Part shown: piece after piece, positions 8,412 to 16,578 of the stretch
How positions within the stretch are numbered: the stretch's first letter is position 1
How the letters are laid out: each line of letters opens with the position of its first letter
Source of the DNA: Candidatus Saccharimonadota bacterium
Lineage (GTDB): Archaea > Nanohalarchaeota > Nanosalinia > Nanosalinales > Nanosalinaceae
NCBI RefSeq assembly: GCF_029232205.1
Contig: NZ_CP107255.1
Span: 540,001 to 572,000 of the forward strand
Direction of reading: 5' to 3'
Length of the DNA stretch: 32,000 bases
Made by a program: the position numbers and the translations under genes
Notes under the pieces: generated by a model
Told to the model about the DNA's origin: nothing
Seen by the model: only the letters and a program-made list of their open reading frames with translations
Databases searched by the model: none

Positions 8412-9176
8412 CTATTCTGCCATCCATTGATCTCTCATTTCAAAGAGTTTGTCATGGAAATCCCAGTAACTTTCTTTTTCATGCTCGTAAACACAGTTTG
8501 CTGCCTTATGGGCTAGAGGTCCGTTTGGATGTAGCTGAGGGACAGGATAATCCTTCAAAATAAGTTCGACCTCGCCACTTTCCACGTACTGATTTTCAAG
8601 GCTAGGCCCTATATTCATCCGATCAATAGGTGTTCTACCGGAGGCGTCAAAACCGTTCCACTCAGCACAGAAAGGACAGCCATACTCGTTATACTCAACA
8701 ATCTTCATCGGAGCACTATCACTCCCCTTACTAGGTTCACTTTCCAGGTCGATGCCCTCTAAACTCGTAAGTTCGCCGGAATCGCTGTTACGAACCTTCT
8801 CAAAGGCCTGCTCAAATCTGGAAACTGTCTGCGCTCCACTTATTTTCACAAAGCCTTTCTGCTGATTTCCTACAAAGAACGTCGGCGTTCCAAAACGACC
8901 GATATTTTTCACAGCGCTATTTTTATCCTCCAAGGCCTCGCTATTGTTCGAATTACTGTAACACTGCATTACTTTTTCGGTATCTAACTCCAGGTCATTG
9001 GATATACTTCTGAAAACATCCTCTGGAGAGGAATCTGCGTCAACCTCTCTAGGAGAAGAACCACCATCACCTGCTATACTGTATCCAGCTACACCTCCGA
9101 TAGAAAGGCCTAAAATAAGTGATATCACACCGACATGCGCTGCAGTAAGTTCCAGAGTTACTCCCTGATTTTTCAC
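8412..9176 (-). CDS. DsbA-like thiol:disulfide oxidoreductase, N-terminally membrane-anchored
   Basis: The N-terminal TM helix is VGVISLILGLSIGGVAGYSIA. It has a thioredoxin-fold CPFC site (EYGCPFCAEWNG) and the DsbA-family motif FGTPTFFVGN. Confidence 0.8.
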   Translation of the reverse strand: MKNQGVTLELTAAHVGVISLILGLSIGGVAGYSIAGDGGSSPREVDADSSPEDVFRSISNDLELDTEKVMQCYSNSNNSEALEDKNSAVKNIGRFGTPTFFVGNQQKGFVKISGAQTVSRFEQAFEKVRNSDSGELTSLEGIDLESEPSKGSDSAPMKIVEYNEYGCPFCAEWNGFDASGRTPIDRMNIGPSLENQYVESGEVELILKDYPVPQLHPNGPLAHKAANCVYEHEKESYWDFHDKLFEMRDQWMAE

Positions 9177-9298
9177 AAACTTCTACCTCTTGACGAGATA
9201 ATTAACAATCTATAAGATTTCATGAATATACCAGGTTTCTATAAGATATTAAAGGGAGAAGTATTAACCTATTCACAAGGTTTCAGGGTGTAAACTTA

Positions 9299-9664
9299 AT
9301 GACAGAAAGAATTCCGGTATGGTGCAAAGGAAGCGAATGGTGTGCGTTAAAATCAACTTCAAAGATTCTAGGCCATAAATGGGTGCCGGTGATAGTCTTC
9401 CATGTAGGCGACAATGAAGAAATAAGATTCAACCAGCTCAAGAAAGAAATTGGCGGAATAACCAACAAAACACTGTCAGATAACCTGGAGAGGATGGAAG
9501 AACAGGGAATAATTAACAGGAATGTCAAGGATGAAAAGCCTGTCCGAATAACATACTCATTGACAGATTTTGGAGAAAAGCTTCTTCCCCTGGTTGAGGA
9601 AATGATAGAGTGGGGTCGCCAGAATCTTAAAGAGGGAGAAAAGAAAGAAGCATGGGTAAAATAA
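9299..9664 (+). CDS. HxlR-family winged-helix transcriptional regulator
   Basis: ILGHKWVPVIVFHVGDNEEIRFNQLKKEIGGITNKTLSDNLERMEEQGIINR...ITYSLTDFGEKLLPLVEEMIEWG matches the HxlR pattern. Confidence 0.85.
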   Translation: MTERIPVWCKGSEWCALKSTSKILGHKWVPVIVFHVGDNEEIRFNQLKKEIGGITNKTLSDNLERMEEQGIINRNVKDEKPVRITYSLTDFGEKLLPLVEEMIEWGRQNLKEGEKKEAWVK

Positions 9665-9669
9665 ATTTT

Positions 9670-9882
9670 TTACTCGGAAGTGTCAATTCCCAGCACGGAG
9701 TAAAGGCCGCAGGTGCCAAAGTAACCTGTAGCAAGCAGTACTACTGCGATAACTCCAAGTACTGGTGAGGCAATTTCAGGGCCTGGAACCATGTCAACAA
9801 GAATTCCAAGGCTTGTAAGGCCTGCAACTGCTCCAGCAACTATTCTTACAAGTGCGTCTGTATCTCCAACGTTCTTTTCCAT
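9670..9882 (-). CDS. DUF2892 (YgaP-like) small membrane protein
   Basis: It has two TM helices and the C-terminal motif GTCGLYSVLGIDT typical of DUF2892. Confidence 0.65.
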   Translation of the reverse strand: MEKNVGDTDALVRIVAGAVAGLTSLGILVDMVPGPEIASPVLGVIAVVLLATGYFGTCGLYSVLGIDTSE

Positions 9883-9972
9883 GTATTAGCTGAGATTTCA
9901 AGTGTTAAACAGTTTGGCCTTACCGGTTTCTGTCCGAAAGAGATTTATCTCTCAGCTCTCAGAAACTAAAGT

Positions 9973-10227
9973 ATGTCAAAGAAACTCTTCACATCGGAAC
10001 AGAAACTTTCAAGGCCTGAAATCGCACAGTACATCAGAAAAATAGCTGACGGCGTAGAATCAGGAGAAATTAACCTGAAATCCGGCCAGAACTCGATCGA
10101 TCTCCACCTCTCCGACATGCCAGAACTTGAAGTACAGGTAGAACAAGAAGCAGACGGAGAAAAATCCATCGAAATAGAAATAGAATGGAAAGAAGGAGAG
10201 ACAGAGGAAGGCCTGGAAATCAACTAG
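9973..10227 (+). CDS. Amphi-Trp domain protein
   Basis: LSRPEIAQYIRKIADGVESGEINLKSG..SIDLHLSDMPELEVQVEQEADGEKSIEIEIEWKEGE matches my recollection of the amphi-Trp domain pattern. Confidence 0.6.
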   Translation: MSKKLFTSEQKLSRPEIAQYIRKIADGVESGEINLKSGQNSIDLHLSDMPELEVQVEQEADGEKSIEIEIEWKEGETEEGLEIN

Positions 10228-10406
10228 GCTCTCATTTTATCGTAAATTATTTCTGGCGGACAGAAACCGGTGACCGAGCTCTGAAGCAGGTTCAGGCCTG
10301 CAAAAAGATCCAGGAGGAAGAAAAGATCGTTTACAAACCATCCTCCAAGAAAGCCCACAGTGATTACAGTTCCGGCAAGGCCTCTAACAAATTTTTTCTT
10401 ACTCAA
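10224..10406 (-). CDS. DUF2892-like small membrane protein (TTG start)
   Basis: It has two hydrophobic helices and a C-terminal GFCPPE motif. The only available start is a TTG that overlaps the stop of the upstream S-layer-domain gene (TTGA). Confidence 0.5.
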   Translation of the reverse strand: MSKKKFVRGLAGTVITVGFLGGWFVNDLFFLLDLFAGLNLLQSSVTGFCPPEIIYDKMRA

Positions 10407-11641
10407 TTTTCTTCACCTTTTCCGCTTTTCAAGTGCTTGAATACTGCAGCCAGCGCTACAAGAGCTGCAGCACCTATACCAAGATAAACAAGGTTTGAAT
10501 CTGATCTCTCAGTAAGCTGCACATCCATGTTGTCTGTAAATGTGTATACAGAGCTATCTCCTTCATCTGAATCTCCGTTTGCTCTTAATTCAATCTTGAG
10601 CTGATGTGATTTCAGAGCTGCGGATCTATCTGATGATATCTCCAGAACGGCCTTTCCTTCTTCTCCTGGCTCAAGCTCTCCAATATAATCCGATCTATCT
10701 GATAAGCTGAATGGCTGCGAACTCTGCGCAATCACTCTCACAGATACGGCCTCGGCATCCTGAAGACCTGTGTTAACCACATCGAGAGTCATGGAGGAGG
10801 TTTCGCCGGCCTTCATCTGCATTGAAGAGTTCCTGAGCTCTAGATCAGGCCTTCCTTCAACTCTCAGAGGGATCTGCATATCTTCCTGGTAGCTGTTGCT
10901 GTCTGAGTCTTCGTAACTGGTTGACAGATTTATCCAGTAGACTCCTTCCTTCAATTTTTCATCCAGATCAATTTCTAATTCCTGGTTTGAGGAGTCTTCT
11001 CTACCTATTCTGTCGATGAAAAGTTTCTCGGTCATTGAATCTGAGGAGGAGATGTTTTCAGGGAACTCGGGGTAAATCTCTACCTCTTCAACAGTTTTAC
11101 TTCCTGTATTTGAAACTCTGAGATCAACTCTGACATCGTTATCTCCTGATCTCGGAGTATCTGGTGAGGTCTTCACAACGTCTGCTGTGAGATCCACGCC
11201 TTCTTTCTCAACAGGCATCGTAAACTCTTCCTCATAAGTTACCGAGCTATTCTGGCCACTTTCCGTGACATCTACCGTGAAACGGTACTGACCTGAGGGA
11301 GCATCTCCATGAACTTTAACCTGAAACTGCTGATTCCAGCCTCCACCAGGATAGATAAAGATCTCATCACTGTTCACATCTTCAATAGTAACGTACTCTT
11401 CAGCAAGAGTATTGTCCGGGCTGAGAGAAACGTCAATATTTTTCTCTTCCTCATCTCCATCCTGTATATCGTAGTGAAGCGAGGCCGTGATGTCAACTCT
11501 ATCTCCAGCAGCTACAACGCCTGGATCAAAGCTAACATCCTGAAGAGCTGGCCTGGAAAAGCCCTGTCCAAGAGCCATTACAAGGATTAAAAGGGTTAAA
11601 CCAATTTTGAAAGTCGTCGAGTGTGTAGTTGTTCGTTTCAT
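10403..11641 (-). CDS. Secreted S-layer-domain/CARDB-like (COG1361-type) protein with a C-terminal membrane anchor
   Basis: It has an N-terminal signal sequence (FKIGLTLLILVMALGQG), repeated beta-rich acidic modules, and a C-terminal TM helix plus basic tail (LVYLGIGAAALVALAAVFKHLKSGK). It lies directly downstream of the RND-like exporter genes, which is a common archaeal pairing. Confidence 0.65.
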   Translation of the reverse strand: MKRTTTHSTTFKIGLTLLILVMALGQGFSRPALQDVSFDPGVVAAGDRVDITASLHYDIQDGDEEEKNIDVSLSPDNTLAEEYVTIEDVNSDEIFIYPGGGWNQQFQVKVHGDAPSGQYRFTVDVTESGQNSSVTYEEEFTMPVEKEGVDLTADVVKTSPDTPRSGDNDVRVDLRVSNTGSKTVEEVEIYPEFPENISSSDSMTEKLFIDRIGREDSSNQELEIDLDEKLKEGVYWINLSTSYEDSDSNSYQEDMQIPLRVEGRPDLELRNSSMQMKAGETSSMTLDVVNTGLQDAEAVSVRVIAQSSQPFSLSDRSDYIGELEPGEEGKAVLEISSDRSAALKSHQLKIELRANGDSDEGDSSVYTFTDNMDVQLTERSDSNLVYLGIGAAALVALAAVFKHLKSGKGEEN

Positions 11642-11650
11642 AGTATCATT

Positions 11651-12712
11651 TCATAAAACGCTCTCTGTACCATCAGAAAGCAGTATAAGGGTTGGAAGTA
11701 GTAACGTAGCGCCAATATAAGCGGAAATAATTCCTGTAAAAAGAAAAATTCCCAGAGAATGCATACCTGAAAGATTCGCAGCAAGCAAGGCCAGGAAGCC
11801 TACGCCAGTGGTTGTAGCTCCTCCAAGAAGGCCTCTTGAAAGCTCTGTCATCGTCTCACTCATTCCTTCTGAGCCTCTCCGAGTTGAGAAGTACTTCTTC
11901 GTAACGTGGATGCCAAAGTCAATTCCTAGGCCCATGATCATCGCAGCACTCACCATCGAAATGATGGTTAGATCTGCACCAAGGTATCCTCCAAGGCCCA
12001 GCATCCAGACAAGAGCAAACATTACCGGCACAACAGGAAACATCATCCGCACAGGATCTCTGAAAACTGCATAGAGCACGCCGAGAACTGCTGCAAATGA
12101 GACCGCTGTAATAGTCATGAAGTCGCTAATTATCACGTTGAACGTGGCAAGATCAATCATATTATATCCTGTAAGATGAAATTGAGATCTTTCGAACTCT
12201 GAGGCCGCAGCCTGCTGTATGTCATCGTGAAGATTTCTAATCTCCTCAGAACTGGCCTGTGTATCTGCCTGAAAAGCTACAAGAGCTGTTCTTCTATCAT
12301 TGGTTATCATACTGCGGTAATTAAATTCTCGAAGGTCTTCAGAGTTTTCAGGTATTTCTCCATATCTTTTAATCAGCAATGAGGAGGGAGAACTGGAAGA
12401 TACAACGTTCTCGTTAAGCTCTACCCTGTTCTGTATCCTGGAGATCTTCTCAAAGTTCTCGGCCCGTCTAACATCATTTTCAACAGAAATCAGCAAGTAC
12501 GTGGTATCGCCGCCAAACTTGGCCCGTAAAGTATCCAGAGACTCCACTACCGGATCATCTGCTGGCAAAATTGCCTCGGTACTTGGCTTAATATCAAGCA
12601 TCAAGGCACCTGGTAAAACCATTGCTGTCAGAACTCCCAGTGCAACAAGCACTTTTACAGGGCTCTCAGATTGTATTTCAACAGTTCTTGCCGCGATCTC
12701 TTCAATAATCAT
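11651..12712 (-). CDS. RND-superfamily (COG1033/MMPL-like) exporter, second half-size subunit
   Basis: It has one N-terminal TM helix, an extracytoplasmic domain, then a five-TM bundle (GLGIDFGIHV..). The start was set at the ATG at 12712-12710, which overlaps the upstream stop as ATGA. The track's start at 12730 is a GTG. Confidence 0.75.
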   Translation of the reverse strand: MIIEEIAARTVEIQSESPVKVLVALGVLTAMVLPGALMLDIKPSTEAILPADDPVVESLDTLRAKFGGDTTYLLISVENDVRRAENFEKISRIQNRVELNENVVSSSSPSSLLIKRYGEIPENSEDLREFNYRSMITNDRRTALVAFQADTQASSEEIRNLHDDIQQAAASEFERSQFHLTGYNMIDLATFNVIISDFMTITAVSFAAVLGVLYAVFRDPVRMMFPVVPVMFALVWMLGLGGYLGADLTIISMVSAAMIMGLGIDFGIHVTKKYFSTRRGSEGMSETMTELSRGLLGGATTTGVGFLALLAANLSGMHSLGIFLFTGIISAYIGATLLLPTLILLSDGTESVL

Positions 12713-13776
12713 TTGAAATCGTGCCTCCACTTTACAGACTCGTGAATCTTTTTGACTATCTTCTCTTCAAGGACGAAAACCGAGGGCAAGAGGAAGAAAC
12801 TGAAGATCAGAGAATAGGCAATACCTATGGACATTATCAGGCCAAAACGATGCATTTCCGGCATTTTTCCTGAGAGAAAGGCCATAAAAGCTCCTATTGT
12901 AGTTATTGAAGTTGCAATAATTGCTACTCCTGTCTCTCCTACGGCTTCTGAAAGGGCCTCCCCGATTGTGTTGTCTCTTCTATGAAATCTGTATGTGTTG
13001 AGGATGTGCACCGAGTAATCTATGCCGATGCCAATAACCAGGGCTGCTACCGATCCTGCAAGGGTTGAGAGAGGGATTCCCAGGTAGCCCATGGTTCCGT
13101 AGAGCCAGACCACGCTCAGACCCACAACAACTAGAGGCATAAGAGAGGAAGTTAGAGATCCGTTAAACAGGCCTAAAGTGATTAAAAATACGAGTAAAAG
13201 GGAGATAGCTGTTGTAACATTTTTGTCGCGTTCAACCATTGATGAAAGTCTCTGCTGGACTGCTGGAACTCCAGAAACACTGGTTTCAATGCCTTCAGGC
13301 CTGTGATAGCTTGACTGCTCCTCTATCTCATTGAATATTCTTTCCATTGAACTACCTGAGTCTCCTACATAGGTATATGCGATAATTACGGCAGTTCTAT
13401 TTCTGTCATCGATCAGGCCCCCGGTTTGATAGGGGCTGTAGACCTCAGTTACTCCATAGATATCTCCGATATTCTCTGAGAGGCCTTCGATATACTCTCT
13501 TGACTCCGGACTTGATACTGAGTTGACTCCTTCATCGCTAGTTCCTGCGGTAACCTGGACGGCGATCGAGTCCTTTCCGAGGCCTTCTGCCCTCAGATTG
13601 TTGAACTCCCTAACTGGTTCGCTGCTTGCAGGCATCATATTCTCCAGAGCCACAATCGTCTCGACACGGCCCATCCCTGGAATCATTGCCAGAGAAAGCA
13701 TGAGGAAGAACAGTACAACTTCCAGTGCATGATTCTCCTGCAGGTGCGTTAACTTATCCAGCATTTTCTGTGACAT
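12709..13776 (-). CDS. RND-superfamily (COG1033/MMPL-like) exporter, first half-size subunit
   Basis: It has the same architecture as the downstream gene (GIGIDYSVHILN in the TM bundle). The two are paralogous halves of what is normally one 12-TM protein. Confidence 0.75.
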   Translation of the reverse strand: MSQKMLDKLTHLQENHALEVVLFFLMLSLAMIPGMGRVETIVALENMMPASSEPVREFNNLRAEGLGKDSIAVQVTAGTSDEGVNSVSSPESREYIEGLSENIGDIYGVTEVYSPYQTGGLIDDRNRTAVIIAYTYVGDSGSSMERIFNEIEEQSSYHRPEGIETSVSGVPAVQQRLSSMVERDKNVTTAISLLLVFLITLGLFNGSLTSSLMPLVVVGLSVVWLYGTMGYLGIPLSTLAGSVAALVIGIGIDYSVHILNTYRFHRRDNTIGEALSEAVGETGVAIIATSITTIGAFMAFLSGKMPEMHRFGLIMSIGIAYSLIFSFFLLPSVFVLEEKIVKKIHESVKWRHDFK

Positions 13777-13874
13777 TTAGTTCAACAATATTACACAAAC
13801 TCTTTTTAATGGTTAGGCCAATCGAAGAAGCCATCTAAAATAGAGAAAAGGAGAGCAAAATCTATGCTCTTGAT

Positions 13875-14432
13875 CTAAATTCTTATTTCTTCAGAATCGC
13901 TGCCCTCAGAACTTTCCAGATAAGCTTTCAGAGATTCTACAGCAGAGTTCGTATACATTTCTGGATTATCTTCGATATCTTCGACAACTTCATCTACCGG
14001 AGCATACCAGGCCGAGTCAACCTCCTCCGAAAGATCCAGAGGCCCGTCATAAATAGTATGATACACAGACACCTTCTCCCAGTTATCGGGACTCTTCTTA
14101 TCAACATTCGTTAATTCCTCAAAATCATCGTCTTCAATAGAGGTCTGCTCAGGCTCACGATCCATCAACTCCTCACAGTACTCTCTGATGGCGGCCTCTC
14201 TATACGATTCACCGGATAAAACATGGCCTCCGGTAAACTCGAGAAGGCCTGGCTTTCTTTCTTTATCCTCTGATCTTCTCTGTACAAGTAATTCTTCCTG
14301 TTCATCAGTCCTGAAAGTAAGCACTGTCACTGATCTATGCCATGCAGGATTTTCTTCATCGTGCACAAGCTCTCTGCGTGCATTGTACATCCATTCATCG
14401 TCTTCGTCTACTACTGGTACATACTCGATCAA
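13875..14432 (-). CDS. NUDIX hydrolase
   Basis: The Nudix box is GGHVLSGESYREAAIREYCEELMD (Gx5Ex7REuxEExGu). Confidence 0.8.
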   Translation of the reverse strand: MIEYVPVVDEDDEWMYNARRELVHDEENPAWHRSVTVLTFRTDEQEELLVQRRSEDKERKPGLLEFTGGHVLSGESYREAAIREYCEELMDREPEQTSIEDDDFEELTNVDKKSPDNWEKVSVYHTIYDGPLDLSEEVDSAWYAPVDEVVEDIEDNPEMYTNSAVESLKAYLESSEGSDSEEIRI

Positions 14433-14574
14433 AAATCACCAACGTAATACATCGTATTACGACTTGGAAGAATTATCCCTTATTCTTTATAAAAGGCCTG
14501 CTTCTGTAGATTATTCTCGGTAGGTAAGGCCTCGAACAAAAGATTATTTCAAGTTCTCCCCACCAGCATTCTCT

Positions 14575-15417
14575 ATGAACATCAGGATAGGTGCACACGT
14601 CAGTATCTCAGGCGGAATGGACAAAGCAATCGAAAGACAGGAAGACATCGGAGGAAACTGCGGCCAGATATTTGCAGGATCCCCGAGAACATGGGCAGTA
14701 TCAGAATACGACGAAGATGAAGGCCAGGACTTCCAGGATCTGAGAGACGAAAAAGACCAGAACCCATACGTCATCCACTCAACCTATCTTGTAAACCTTG
14801 CAACACCAAAAGACGACCTTTTCGAGAAATCATTGAACTGCCTGCAAAGTGAGCTTGACGCAGCAGCAACCCTCGGCGTAGAATACGTAGTCTTCCATCC
14901 AGGAGCTCATACGGGATCAGGCCGCGAAACTGGAGTCAAAAGAATAGCAGAAGGAATCGACGAACTCGACATACCAGAAAACGTGACTCTACTACTTGAA
15001 AACACCGCAGGAAAAGGTACAACACTGGGCAAATCCTTTGGAGAACTTAGAGACATGATCAAACATGCAGAAACTCCAGACGAAAAAATCGGAGTCTGCA
15101 TTGACACATGCCACGCACACGCAGCAGGATACGAACTAAGAACAGAAGAAGGATTTCAGGACTTCCTCCAGGAGATCAAGGAAGATATAGGCCTCGACAG
15201 AATCAAAGTCCTCCACCTCAACGACTCCAAAGACGAAAAAGGAAGCGAAAAAGACAACCACATGGATATCGGCTGTGGAGAAATCGGCGACGACGGATTC
15301 AGAAACCTTGTCAATGCAGAAGAATTCGAAGACCTACCAATGATACTCGAAACACCTTCAGAAGAAAGGCCTGGCTACAAGGAGAACCTGGAACACATCC
15401 TGGAACTCAGAGAATGA
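14575..15417 (+). CDS. nfo: Endonuclease IV (AP endonuclease, deoxyribonuclease IV)
   Basis: IGAHVSISGG, VIHSTYLVNLA, VVFHPGAH, LLENTAGKGTTLG, CIDTCHAHAAGY, LHLNDSK and PMILETP are all conserved Nfo blocks. Confidence 0.92.
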   Translation: MNIRIGAHVSISGGMDKAIERQEDIGGNCGQIFAGSPRTWAVSEYDEDEGQDFQDLRDEKDQNPYVIHSTYLVNLATPKDDLFEKSLNCLQSELDAAATLGVEYVVFHPGAHTGSGRETGVKRIAEGIDELDIPENVTLLLENTAGKGTTLGKSFGELRDMIKHAETPDEKIGVCIDTCHAHAAGYELRTEEGFQDFLQEIKEDIGLDRIKVLHLNDSKDEKGSEKDNHMDIGCGEIGDDGFRNLVNAEEFEDLPMILETPSEERPGYKENLEHILELRE

Positions 15418-15971
15418 AACAGTTAAGAGAAGACGAGAAACTAGGGCCTCTAGTAGAAAAACACGGAGATCTGGAGCTTGAGGCCTCGGAGAATCCTTTC
15501 GAGAGAATGGTGATTTCTATAGTAAACCAGCAGTTATCCACTCAGTCAGCTGAGGCCATCAGAAAAAGACTTTTCGAGAAGTTTGAGATAACTCCGGATT
15601 CTCTACTGGATGCCGATGATGAAAATCTTGCTGATGTAGGCCTTTCACGACAGAAAATTGATTACATCAGATCTGCGGCCCAGCATTTCCAGGAGGACAA
15701 TCTCTCACTGGAAAAATTCTCGGAAATGAGTGATGAAGAGGTCATTGAGGAATTGACTGATATTCACGGTGTCGGTGTCTGGACTGCAAAAATGTTTATG
15801 ATCTCTGTGCTGGCCCGTGAGGACGTCTTCCCGGTTGAAGATCTGGGCATCAGGAAGGCCATGGAAAAACTATATGGGATTGAGGACAGAGAATCAATGA
15901 ATGAGAAAAGCCTTGACTGGAAGCCTTTCCGCAGCAAGGCCTCGCTGTATCTGTGGAAGGCCTTAGATTGA
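15414..15971 (+). CDS. HhH-GPD DNA glycosylase (AlkA-like 3-methyladenine DNA glycosylase II)
   Basis: It contains FERMVISIVNQQLSTQSAEAI...LTDIHGVGVWTAKMFMISVLAREDVFPVEDLGIRKAM. The start was set at the ATG at 15414, which overlaps the nfo stop as ATGA. The track's longer N-terminus (from 15108) is an Arg-rich out-of-frame overlap of nfo. Confidence 0.8.
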   Translation: MKQLREDEKLGPLVEKHGDLELEASENPFERMVISIVNQQLSTQSAEAIRKRLFEKFEITPDSLLDADDENLADVGLSRQKIDYIRSAAQHFQEDNLSLEKFSEMSDEEVIEELTDIHGVGVWTAKMFMISVLAREDVFPVEDLGIRKAMEKLYGIEDRESMNEKSLDWKPFRSKASLYLWKALD

Positions 15972-16064
15972 ATTACCAAAGTGCTTTTAAGGTTCGCAGC
16001 AGTTTACTTCTTTGTAGAGAAAATCGTTCTTAAATCGATTTTCTAGAAATTAGAGGTTAAATTA

Positions 16065-16568
16065 ATGTCTAATATTCATAAGAACCAAAGAGTAGGCGTC
16101 TTTGTTGACGTTCAAAATATGTACTACAGCGCTAAAAACCTATACAATTCTAAAGTAGACTTTGAGAAGCTTCTTGACGCAGCAGTCATGAATAGAAAGC
16201 TTATTCGTGCATCTGCCTACGTTATTCAGGCCGATACTCCTGATGAAGACAATTTCTTTGAAGCACTCAGAAAGATCGGTTACGAAGTAGAGATCAAGAA
16301 ACTGAAGGAGTTCTACGGAGGAGAAAAGAAAGGAGACTGGGATCTCGGTATGACCGTCGACATGATCCAGCAGGCCAAAAAACTTGACACAATCGTACTC
16401 GTCACAGGAGATGGAGACTTTGCAGTACTTGTTGACCACCTCAAGTCCATGGGATGTAGAGTAGAAGTAATGAGCTTCGGAAGATCATCCGCAAAGGAGA
16501 TCAGAGAAGCAGCAACAAACTTTGTAGACATGGATGAGAACTCAGACAAGTTCCTTGTCAACCACTAG
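16065..16568 (+). CDS. NYN-domain (LabA/DUF88-like, PIN-related) putative ribonuclease
   Basis: VGVFVDVQNMYYSA...DWDLGMTVDMIQ...DTIVLVTGDGDFAVLVDHLKSMGCRVEV matches the NYN acidic-residue pattern. A Shine-Dalgarno-like GAGGT lies 7 nt upstream of the ATG. Confidence 0.8.
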   Translation: MSNIHKNQRVGVFVDVQNMYYSAKNLYNSKVDFEKLLDAAVMNRKLIRASAYVIQADTPDEDNFFEALRKIGYEVEIKKLKEFYGGEKKGDWDLGMTVDMIQQAKKLDTIVLVTGDGDFAVLVDHLKSMGCRVEVMSFGRSSAKEIREAATNFVDMDENSDKFLVNH

Positions 16569-16578
16569 GTGAACCAAA

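Noticed and set aside
12709-12730. A 22-nt overlap between the two RND-like ORFs, which could indicate a frameshifted pseudogene.
   Set aside because: The track's start at 12730 is a GTG. An in-frame ATG at 12712 produces a classic ATGA stop-start overlap, and both halves are complete. I therefore treat them as two coupled genes, though a sequencing indel cannot be excluded from the sequence alone.
15108-15413. A long Arg/Pro/Lys-rich N-terminal extension of the HhH-GPD glycosylase ORF.
   Set aside because: It is an alternative frame of the well-supported nfo gene. The ATG at 15414 gives a normal AlkA-like N-terminus and an ATGA overlap with the nfo stop.
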